A stretch of 64,000 bases of DNA, taken from assembly GCA_965243395.1 (NCBI GenBank), contig CBDEUS010000002.1, positions 449,310 to 513,309 on the forward strand, read 5' to 3'. Each line of letters opens with the position of its first letter. The stretch's first letter is position 1. A program made the translations under genes and the position numbers. The notes beneath the pieces were generated by a model. The model ran no database searches. It had not been told where the DNA came from and saw only the letters and a list, made by a program, of their open reading frames with translations. The stretch comes from Gammaproteobacteria bacterium. Its GTDB lineage: Bacteria > Pseudomonadota > Gammaproteobacteria > UBA4575. This document shows, piece by piece, positions 22,217-30,950 of this stretch.

Positions 22217-24253
22217 TTATAAGGGTTTTTTGAATTTTCGCAATTGATCAATTCGGTCAGATAATTGATTATTATCTGGCTCAATAGACAATGCTTGGCC
22301 ATACAAAAATAATGCAATATTATAATTTCGGTTTTGAATTTGTAATTCTGCCCACTCGACATAATAATTCATTAATGAAGACAGGCCTTGTTGTGCGCTG
22401 AGGTTTTGAGGCTGGGATTTTAAGACACTTTCATATGTATTCTGCGCCTCTTTATAAATTTTAAAATTGCGTTGGTCAGATTGAATATCTGATTCTATTT
22501 GCAACATTTTTTCATTAGCATCAATAAGTAAACGACTTACATTCTCAGAAGGGGTGCTATCATTTAAAATGTTTTGTGCTGGCGGGTTGCTATTAGTATT
22601 TAAAGAAGCAGTTTGCTGCCGTTCAATTTTTTGCAGCCCTTGTAGCGCAATAGTATCATTTTGATCAATTGACAAAGCCTTATTGTAGAATTGCTTGGCC
22701 AGATCAATGTCATTGTTTTTATAATAGTAATTAGCCCAGCTTAAATACTTACCATGTACTTTTTTGATGCCATCAATAGCAATTTGGTTGTTTGGTGCCA
22801 GCTCCAAAATTTTTTGATATGTTTCTAGCGCATTATCACCAGGCGGAGTAGAAAGTTGCTTATTCTCAAATTGGTATTCAGCAAGCATTAGCAGGTTGCC
22901 TATGCCCTCGTCTGTGTTAAACAACGAGCTATCCAGTTGACCTAGTACTAGAGGTGCCACTTTAGGCTTCTGGGAACTTTTTTTATTATAATTTGTTCCG
23001 CTTGTAGTAGAAAAATCACTATTATTTTCAAGATTAGCTATAGTATTTTCTATAGATTCATTTATCGGCACATCATCCGTTGTGTTCGTTTCAATACGAT
23101 TATTTATAAAAAGGACATACCCTAAAACCAATACGGCTAGAAGCCCGAAAATTGTAGGAAAAGATCTCTTGTGAGCAGGAATTTTTTGTTCTTTTGGAGT
23201 CCACTCAACAGACATGACGTCATTACTAAGATCTATATTTTTGGTGTCTTTACTTAGTAGACCCTCATTAGCTTTTTGTCTGGTAAGTTTTTTAGTAATG
23301 CCAATGTTAGTTGTAACAGTTGGAATTTTTGATTCATTTAAATCAGATTTGCTAGGTTTTTTTATAAAAGCTTTGTGCTTTTCGTTCGGTTTATAGGCTG
23401 CAGTTTTTCTGGACTGAAAACCATTAATATATTTGTAAACTTCATGAGAAGGAGGATAAGAATTTTCTAAGCGTATATTTTTATCTTTAGAAAATAATCG
23501 TGCAAAATTTATTGCTCGTGTAACAGTATCTAATGTAACAAAATCCAATTGATCTTTTTTTACTAATGCGGAACACCATTCTAATGCGACATCCAGAAGC
23601 CTTTTGTTCATTAGTGAAAATTCACTTAATGCATTTAACGTTTCATTATCAAATTTTAAGTTTTTTATATTCGAAGAAATTTTATAGGTTTTATTCTTAG
23701 CATATTTCAGTATTTCTTCTTTATTTAAACTTTCCATTGGACAATGTATAAAATCTGCATCATCCAAAGTTTTTATAGATAATAATTGGTCTTTAAAGTT
23801 GGTTGATCCGGTTAAGACTAGCTGTAAACTATGATCGTTATTCGACTTAGTTGTGATCGAAGAAATCAGTTCGGTTAAAAAATCTATTGGTAAGTGATCA
23901 GCATCATCCAAAGTAACAATGAGCTTATCGTCCAGATCTGTAGACGCAATAATAAAGTCCCAGACAGTGCTAAGTTCGCTTCTATCAGAATCCGCATTAG
24001 TAGAATCTGACGATGGCAAGTCTTTCCCGCACAATGCGATAGTGCGGTGGCTAGAGGACATATCTTTACTAATTGTATGAAGAAGAGCAGATTTACCTTT
24101 TTTAGGGTCCCCTGTAACTAATATAATTTTTTTATTGCTATTTAACGCAGCAAGTACGATCTCGTAAGTACTTTTAAGTACTTTCTTTGACGCAGGTTGT
24201 TGACTAGAAGAATTTTCTAGAGTGTTTACATCATTAGAAATGACTGTGCTCAT
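22217..24253 (-). CDS. Membrane-anchored AAA ATPase (ExeA/GspA-like N-terminus) fused to C-terminal TPR repeats
   Basis: Walker A ILVTGDPKKGKSALLHT, Walker B-like IVTLDDADHL, central TM helix (FPTIFGLLAVLVLGYVLFI), repeated TPR-like motifs (YYKNNDIDLAKQFYNKALSIDQND, ALFLYGQALSIEPDN). Confidence 0.55.
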   Translation of the reverse strand: MSTVISNDVNTLENSSSQQPASKKVLKSTYEIVLAALNSNKKIILVTGDPKKGKSALLHTISKDMSSSHRTIALCGKDLPSSDSTNADSDRSELSTVWDFIIASTDLDDKLIVTLDDADHLPIDFLTELISSITTKSNNDHSLQLVLTGSTNFKDQLLSIKTLDDADFIHCPMESLNKEEILKYAKNKTYKISSNIKNLKFDNETLNALSEFSLMNKRLLDVALEWCSALVKKDQLDFVTLDTVTRAINFARLFSKDKNIRLENSYPPSHEVYKYINGFQSRKTAAYKPNEKHKAFIKKPSKSDLNESKIPTVTTNIGITKKLTRQKANEGLLSKDTKNIDLSNDVMSVEWTPKEQKIPAHKRSFPTIFGLLAVLVLGYVLFINNRIETNTTDDVPINESIENTIANLENNSDFSTTSGTNYNKKSSQKPKVAPLVLGQLDSSLFNTDEGIGNLLMLAEYQFENKQLSTPPGDNALETYQKILELAPNNQIAIDGIKKVHGKYLSWANYYYKNNDIDLAKQFYNKALSIDQNDTIALQGLQKIERQQTASLNTNSNPPAQNILNDSTPSENVSRLLIDANEKMLQIESDIQSDQRNFKIYKEAQNTYESVLKSQPQNLSAQQGLSSLMNYYVEWAELQIQNRNYNIALFLYGQALSIEPDNNQLSDRIDQLRKFKKPL

Positions 24254-24629
24254 ATGTCTGCGAATTAGTGAATTTTCGATTTGAAATTAATATTATAGTA
24301 CTTCAGCAGTTTACCTATAATGAATATTGGCCAAACATTTCTGAATTTGGCTATAGCCGAGTTTACATAAGTTAAATCATTAAAATTGATGTGAATTCAA
24401 TTCAAAATCCATAGTATTATTAGGGTTTAAATGTAAAATGATATTGTTAGTTGACGACCAATATTAAATTGACAGTTTAAGAAATAACCAACTTACATAC
24501 ACTGTAATACAGCTGCAAAATTTAAATTTAACTAGATTTTTATCAAAATAATTTTTGTACGCATTTAAGCAACATAAACCACAACTGAATGAATGCAATT
24601 AAAATATTCATTGCATCAAGGAGATATTA

Positions 24630-25919
24630 GTGAGTAATAAAGCACAACAAGGATTTTCCACACGAGCCATTCATGCCGGAGCCTCACCAGATCCTTCCAC
24701 CGGTGCACGTGGAACCCCAATACATCAATCAACCGCTTTTGTATTTGATGACGCAGATCATGCAGCTGCATTGTTTGGGTTAGAACAGGCTGGTTTTATT
24801 TACTCACGACTTACGAATCCTACGGTAAGTGTATTTCAAGAAAGAGTGGCAAGCTTAGAAGGGGGTGTGGGAGGAACCTGCACATCTTCTGGACATGCAG
24901 CACAATTATTAGCTCTGTTTGCATTAATGAGCAGTGGTGATGAGTTTGTGGCGTCCAATAAGCTTTATGGAGGATCGATTACACAATTTGTGCATAGTTT
25001 TAAAAAGTTTGGCTGGAAAGTGAATTTTGTTGATCCAATAGATCCGCAAAACTTCCGCAAAGCAATTAACGAAAAAACCAAGGCGGTGTTCACAGAAAGT
25101 TTGGCGAATCCAGGTGGCGTTGTTTGTGATATAGAAGCCATTGCTGCGGTTGCACATGATGCAGGTATACCTTGTATTGTTGATAACACACTTCCTTCAC
25201 CGGCTTTATGTCGTCCCATAGAGTTTGGTGCTGATATTGTTGTGCATTCCACGACAAAGTTTATTTCGGGTCATGGTAACGCCATGGGAGGTGTTGTTGT
25301 GGATAGTGGCAACTTTGATTGGTCTCAAAATGACAAATTCCCGGATTTAGTACAAAGTTGTGGTGCTTACCATGGTTTAAAGTTTTATGAAACTTTTGGC
25401 AATATGGCTTATACGATGTTTAGTCATGCAATTGGTTTGCGTGACTTGGGCCCGGCCATGTCCCCTATGAATGCATACTTATCATTAACCGGTGCAGAAA
25501 CTTTGCCTCTACGGATGCAAAAACATGCTGACAATGCCTTGGAAGTTGCAACATGGTTACAAGGCAACCCAAATGTAACTTGGGTATCGTATGCAGGATT
25601 GCCTGATAATGAATTTAATACACTGGCTAAAAAATACTGCCCAAGTGGAGCTGGGGCTGTGTTTACCTTCGGTGTTGCAGGCGGATATGACATGGGTTTA
25701 AGTATTGTAAGTAATTGCAAGCTACTTTCGCACTTAGCGAATATTGGTGATACGCGCTCACTTATTATTCACCCAGCCTCAACTACCCATCGTCAGTTGA
25801 CTGAAGAGCAACAAATTTCTGCCGGTGCAGGTCCTGATGTTGTACGTCTGTCGATTGGTTTAGAAGATGCTGCTGATATTATTGCAGACCTTGATCAAGC
25901 GATTGCTGCAAGTAGTTAA
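24630..25919 (+). CDS. metY: O-acetylhomoserine sulfhydrylase / Cys-Met metabolism PLP enzyme
   Basis: PLP-lysine motif STTKFISGHGN, 429 aa, gamma-family fold length. Confidence 0.8.
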   Translation: MSNKAQQGFSTRAIHAGASPDPSTGARGTPIHQSTAFVFDDADHAAALFGLEQAGFIYSRLTNPTVSVFQERVASLEGGVGGTCTSSGHAAQLLALFALMSSGDEFVASNKLYGGSITQFVHSFKKFGWKVNFVDPIDPQNFRKAINEKTKAVFTESLANPGGVVCDIEAIAAVAHDAGIPCIVDNTLPSPALCRPIEFGADIVVHSTTKFISGHGNAMGGVVVDSGNFDWSQNDKFPDLVQSCGAYHGLKFYETFGNMAYTMFSHAIGLRDLGPAMSPMNAYLSLTGAETLPLRMQKHADNALEVATWLQGNPNVTWVSYAGLPDNEFNTLAKKYCPSGAGAVFTFGVAGGYDMGLSIVSNCKLLSHLANIGDTRSLIIHPASTTHRQLTEEQQISAGAGPDVVRLSIGLEDAADIIADLDQAIAASS

Positions 25920-26367
25920 AATATAGTAAAAAAATTTTCGCCAGTGACGCGCAAGTAATTTATTTTGCTTGGTCGTCTCACTTAAAGCCTTTATTCTTTT
26001 TTTTCGTGCTCGTATATAGCAAAGATAAGCTGTAAGTTTTTCCGGATAAATGGAAAGTCGTATATATCCTCAGCTTGTATAGTTTGCCTATCCTTGATTA
26101 ACCATCGGAGTTGGAAATTCATCGATAAATGAGGCTTGTGTATTTCTTTGAATAATACATAAGCCAGTCTATTTAATCCGAAATTTAAATCCATTCAGTG
26201 CGTTACCGGCATATTTCTACACATAAATACTTAATAATTTGCTCAAATCATTTCTTCAGTGTGTAGGAAATCGCATTTTTAACAGTAAGACTGAATCCGA
26301 TTAAACGAATAGAAAATTAATCGATCTAAATCAGAAATGATTTAACAATAAAGTATAGAGGTAAAAC

Positions 26368-26868
26368 ATGAATATACGTTTTTTAAGCCCATTGATTATT
26401 CTAGTATTTGTATTTCTACCATTTACTGTTTCAGCAATATCAGTTGGCGATACAGTGCCGTCATTTAAAGCACGAACTATTGATGGTACAAAAAGTATTG
26501 CTGTAGATGATTATCGCGGCAAAGTTGTTTTAATTGATTTCTGGGCTTCGTGGTGTCCTCCATGCTTGAAGTCTTTGCCAAAATATAATGAATTACGCAG
26601 AGAAATTGGCACTAGCGATTTTGAAATAGTTGCTGTCAATGTAGACGAAAACACTGAAGATGCAAAAAAGTTTTTAGCCAAGCATCCAGTTAGCTATCCA
26701 ATCGCAAAAGATCCTAAAGGTGTTTTACCTGGTGTATTTGGTGTTAAAGCAATGCCAACTTCATATCTAGTGGATAAAAATGGTGTTGTAAAATATGTAC
26801 ATGCTGCTTTCAAAGAAGGTGATATTGAAAAACTCAGAGTCGAAATTGAAAAATTGATTGCTGAATAA
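26368..26868 (+). CDS. Periplasmic TlpA-like thiol:disulfide oxidoreductase
   Basis: Signal peptide and the WASWCPPC thioredoxin active site. Confidence 0.8.
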   Translation: MNIRFLSPLIILVFVFLPFTVSAISVGDTVPSFKARTIDGTKSIAVDDYRGKVVLIDFWASWCPPCLKSLPKYNELRREIGTSDFEIVAVNVDENTEDAKKFLAKHPVSYPIAKDPKGVLPGVFGVKAMPTSYLVDKNGVVKYVHAAFKEGDIEKLRVEIEKLIAE

Positions 26869-26890
26869 AAATTTAGACTAAATTACAAAT

Positions 26891-27100
26891 ATGAAAAATA
26901 TTTTTTACATTATTTTAATTTCTATTGTTGCATCTGCATGCACAACAGTTAATCCATGGGAGCGTGGGATTTTAGCTAAAACAGAAATGGCATGGGAGCC
27001 CGACCCACTTATGGGACAACTACAAGAGCACGTTTATTTCAGTAAAGAAGGATCTAACGGTGGATATGGTGCTGGCGGCGGGGGCTGTGGCTGCAATTAA
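26891..27100 (+). CDS. Small lipoprotein, DUF4266-like, with a Gly-rich C-terminus ending CGCN
   Basis: Lipobox (VASAC), 69 aa, C-terminus SNGGYGAGGGGCGCN; the family assignment is from memory of gene-neighbourhood conservation. Confidence 0.45.
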   Translation: MKNIFYIILISIVASACTTVNPWERGILAKTEMAWEPDPLMGQLQEHVYFSKEGSNGGYGAGGGGCGCN

Positions 27101-27144
27101 TTCAATATTCTTCTTTTTATAAAAAAGTAAATCTATAGAAATAA

Positions 27145-28356
27145 ATGGGTAAAAAATCTAGCAGTATTAGCCCTGCATTGGCTGCACTTACCTCAGCAGC
27201 AATGGCACTACCTGGCATTAGTTCAAACGTTAAAGCGGCTGTTGCTGCTAACGAACCTAAGCTTTCACTCGCTTACACACGTTATGACGAAGACTCTATT
27301 CCTAGCAATGATGCAGTAACAACTGCGGGTGATCGAGATCGCTATGAAATTGATGTCGCTCAAATTCAGTTTCTCTATCCGCTCAGTGATAAATGGCAAA
27401 TTACGACCGGCTTTGTTTATGATGATATGAGTGGGTCCTCCCCTTGGTTTATTCAACCCACCAATACTGTGACCGCTACTGGTGATCCGCTTGTGGTCAT
27501 GAGTGGTGCCACGATTGATGACACACGCTATGACTTCAGTATAGGGGCTGAATATTTTGGTGAGAAATTTACTGTTGCGCCTAGCATTGGTTATTCAACT
27601 GAGAAAGATTACAAAGCCATTAGTGGCGGAGTAGAAATTGAATATGAATTTCCCAACAAAGCGACTTCCTTGCGTGGTGGCATAGCGGTTTCATTTGATG
27701 AAATCGATCCTACTCAAGAACCCGGTGTTGTACGTGTTAATAATGAAGACAAGGAAAATTATGCAATTTTTGGTGGAGTAACTCAGGTTATTAACAAACA
27801 CACTATCATTCAAACCACATTAGGTATTTCTTATTTTGATGGGTTTCTGTCTGATCCTTACAAACAAGTATGGCTACCAACAGGAAACTTGCCCGATAGT
27901 CGTCCTGGTGATCGAACTCAATATACTTTTGCTACACGTCTGCGTAGGTACTCGGAATTATTTGCCGCAGCATTACATGTAGACTATCGTTTTTATTATG
28001 ACGACTGGAATGTTCGCTCACACACATTAGATTTAGGGTTGCATAAGGTCACCGAAAGCGGTTGGGCATTCGATACCTCTATACGTTACTACACACAAAC
28101 TCAGGCCGATTTTTACGAACCATTTTATCGAGCACCGCGAGCCGACGGGGAATACTCTAGTGATTTTCGTCTTTCTCCCTATGGCTCTGTATCATTACGT
28201 TTAGGTTTATCGGAAACCATAGGCGATTGGACAGTTAAGCTAGCGGCAGAGCGTTATATCAGCGACAAATCTTATTCTGTGCAGAGCGTCGATGTTGAAA
28301 ATCCTGCTTTGTTAGATTTCACGCAATTCACATTTGGCGTTGATTACAGTTTTTAA
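27145..28356 (+). CDS. Predicted outer-membrane beta-barrel protein, DUF3570-like
   Basis: Signal peptide, alternating beta-strand pattern, C-terminal DYSF; partner of the DUF4266 gene. Confidence 0.45.
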   Translation: MGKKSSSISPALAALTSAAMALPGISSNVKAAVAANEPKLSLAYTRYDEDSIPSNDAVTTAGDRDRYEIDVAQIQFLYPLSDKWQITTGFVYDDMSGSSPWFIQPTNTVTATGDPLVVMSGATIDDTRYDFSIGAEYFGEKFTVAPSIGYSTEKDYKAISGGVEIEYEFPNKATSLRGGIAVSFDEIDPTQEPGVVRVNNEDKENYAIFGGVTQVINKHTIIQTTLGISYFDGFLSDPYKQVWLPTGNLPDSRPGDRTQYTFATRLRRYSELFAAALHVDYRFYYDDWNVRSHTLDLGLHKVTESGWAFDTSIRYYTQTQADFYEPFYRAPRADGEYSSDFRLSPYGSVSLRLGLSETIGDWTVKLAAERYISDKSYSVQSVDVENPALLDFTQFTFGVDYSF

Positions 28357-28418
28357 TTTTCTGACTTCAGAAAAAATCTAGTACACTTCGCAACAGTTTT
28401 ATTTTTGGAGCTTCCAAT

Positions 28419-29339
28419 TTGGAACTCTACACTTTTGCATTTAAAGCCATGGGCTCACCTTGTGAGTTACGTCTTTATTCCAATGAAAAAGCATTTGCAC
28501 AAGAAATTGCAGATGCGGCAATTGCAGAAATACATCGTCTTGAAAAAAAGTACTCGCGCTATCGCAACGATAGCGTCACCAGTGAAATAAATAATAGTGC
28601 CGGAAATAAAAATGGTATTGAAGTAGATTCGGAAACCGCACTGTTACTCAATTATGCTCAAGTGGGTTTTGAACAAAGTGATGGTTTATTCGATATAAGC
28701 TCCGGTATTTTACGTAAAGCTTGGGATTTCCGTTCGCAACAACTTCCTTCACAAGATGACATCGATGCATTATTACCCTTAATTGGTTGGGACAAATTGA
28801 GCTGGCAAGCTCCCCGCTTATGTTTGCCAGTAGAAGGAATGGAATTAGATTTTGGTGGATACGTAAAAGAATATGCTGCCGATGTTGCCGCGAATGTTTG
28901 TCGTAGTGGAAATATTCAAGGAGGTCTGGTCAACCTGGGGGGTGATATATGTATTATTGGACCCCACCCAAATGGTGACGCATGGAAAGTAGGTGTACGA
29001 CACCCACGTAATCCAAGTGTACCGATGTCATTTGTGCTACTTGAAAAAGGCGGTTTAGCCAGCAGCGGAGACTACGAACGTTTTATGATGATAGATGGTG
29101 TTCGTTATGCCCACATTCTTAATCCGAAAACAGGCTGGCCGGTAAATAGTTTAGCGAGCACGAGTGTATACGCTGAGCAATGTGTAGTGGCTGGTACATC
29201 GTCAACCATTGCGATGTTAAAAGGCGAGCAAGAGGGGATAACGTGGCTTGAGGGATTGGGCTTGCCCTATATCAGTATGAATCAACAACAAGAAATCTTC
29301 GGTACTCTTAAACGCCTTGAAGACATTAATCAAGTTTGA
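28419..29339 (+). CDS. apbE: FAD:protein FMN transferase (ApbE family)
   Basis: ApbE-family length and motifs (AMGSPCEL…, GGIAKG-like GGYVKEYA, SSGDYERF). Confidence 0.75.
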   Translation: MELYTFAFKAMGSPCELRLYSNEKAFAQEIADAAIAEIHRLEKKYSRYRNDSVTSEINNSAGNKNGIEVDSETALLLNYAQVGFEQSDGLFDISSGILRKAWDFRSQQLPSQDDIDALLPLIGWDKLSWQAPRLCLPVEGMELDFGGYVKEYAADVAANVCRSGNIQGGLVNLGGDICIIGPHPNGDAWKVGVRHPRNPSVPMSFVLLEKGGLASSGDYERFMMIDGVRYAHILNPKTGWPVNSLASTSVYAEQCVVAGTSSTIAMLKGEQEGITWLEGLGLPYISMNQQQEIFGTLKRLEDINQV

Positions 29340-29582
29340 TACGAAGCTGCCAGATAGAATTACCTTTGCCCAAAAAGTGTGAATCTATTCACATATTTAA
29401 CATGAAATACCAAAGAAAACATAGCAATACGACCGTTTATTCACACTTTGCTACCACTCGTCGCCAAAAAGAGTTACTATTTATTCGCCACATTGTTCCA
29501 ACTCCAGTGGCAAACCTGAAAGCCTTGTGGATGGATCCATGGGGCTTTCTTATATCTGCTTGGTTTATTTCTAGCTGAAACT

Positions 29583-30728
29583 TTATTGTGTTAAGAATTC
29601 TTCTATTGTTTGCGCATTGAGTTGCGCATCTTTTTCGCCCAACTCAATTAAACGATGTAAGTAATCCGGCTGAAACATTAATAAAGACAAAGAGTCTGGG
29701 CTTTTGGTATCGCGAGTTCCAAAGCCTCGAGTGAAATACCGAAATGGCTGTGGTAATCGAATTTCATATTGACTGGCAAGCTTACCTAAGTCTTCACTAG
29801 GCCTAAGAATAAGTAAGTTTACTTTTTTTAATTCTTCTCGCGTTGCTTCGCTTACTTCTTCATACAACATATTAATTCGGCTCATGTTGGCAGCATCATA
29901 ATCGAGTAAGTCTAAAAAGATTGAGTCAAGCAAAATACCAATTATTTGTGCAACAGGTGCATATTCACCAATAACAGATTCGTCTGGCGTAACCTGTCCA
30001 CCTCGAAAGCGTGTCGATATCGCGAGTATTTTTTTTGCCCCCAAATGCATAATTGGTGAAAGTGGAGCAATCGAACGAATTCCACCATCCCCATGCCAAC
30101 CATCATCAAGCTTAACGGCGGGGAATACTAAGGGTAATGCGGCTGATGCCATAATGTGTTCCACAGTGATCTCTGCTGATTCGCTATGGCGTCTTGGACG
30201 TTGCCAATGTTCTTGAACATCTCCTTGAACCCATGTGATGGCTTTACCGGTACCATAGTTTGTGCTGGTGATACCTAGAACTTGCAATCGGCCATGTTCA
30301 ATATTTTCCTGAATGCCGTGAATTCTTTCTGTTGCTTTTGAGGCTAATTTTTTTTCTAAGAAAATTCTTAATGGGTCACTATCTAATAAACTACGTTTGC
30401 GCGGGCCCATATTGCTACCACCCAAAATAAAACTTAGTCCCCAGCGAAAAAAGTTTGCAAAGAAATAACCACTGTCTGTGCGAAATACCTTATCTGTAGT
30501 TAATTCAAGCCATAGTTCAGCAAGTTGATTTACTGCTTCGTGGAAGGTGCCTTGGTAAGCTGCTAGATGTGCAGCATTTACCGCCCCAGCAGAAACACCT
30601 GTAAGTATAGGGGGGTGGAAATCGTCAAAATTTTTACATATATAGCGTAACACTCCTACTTGATAAGCTGCTCTAGCACCCCCTCCTGTCATTGCCAAAC
30701 CTAAATCCGTGTTAATTGTATTAGACAT
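29583..30728 (-). CDS. Patatin-like phospholipase
   Basis: Gly-rich oxyanion loop GGGARAAYQVG, GxSxG nucleophile GVSAGAVNA, catalytic Asp region (DGG). Confidence 0.8.
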   Translation of the reverse strand: MSNTINTDLGLAMTGGGARAAYQVGVLRYICKNFDDFHPPILTGVSAGAVNAAHLAAYQGTFHEAVNQLAELWLELTTDKVFRTDSGYFFANFFRWGLSFILGGSNMGPRKRSLLDSDPLRIFLEKKLASKATERIHGIQENIEHGRLQVLGITSTNYGTGKAITWVQGDVQEHWQRPRRHSESAEITVEHIMASAALPLVFPAVKLDDGWHGDGGIRSIAPLSPIMHLGAKKILAISTRFRGGQVTPDESVIGEYAPVAQIIGILLDSIFLDLLDYDAANMSRINMLYEEVSEATREELKKVNLLILRPSEDLGKLASQYEIRLPQPFRYFTRGFGTRDTKSPDSLSLLMFQPDYLHRLIELGEKDAQLNAQTIEEFLTQ

Positions 30729-30950
30729 ATTGTTTTACGGTCTAACTAGGCCTATAACGGCATATGAAAGAGATTGCGCTACTTTACGTATTACGTTAAT
30801 GATGCAGTAATTATATGAAAGTATTTTCACGAAATTACTTTCAACTATTATTCATAAAGTAAATATTTATGGGTTATCTTATCGTCATGGTTTGAAATTG
30901 CCTAGTTATCTATTATGAAATTCTGCAAATAAATCTATACTTTAAAAATA

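Noticed and set aside
29336-29578. 80-aa ORF between apbE and the patatin gene
   Set aside because: Convergent-gene spacer. The ORF starts inside the apbE stop context and has no motif. It is likely spurious.
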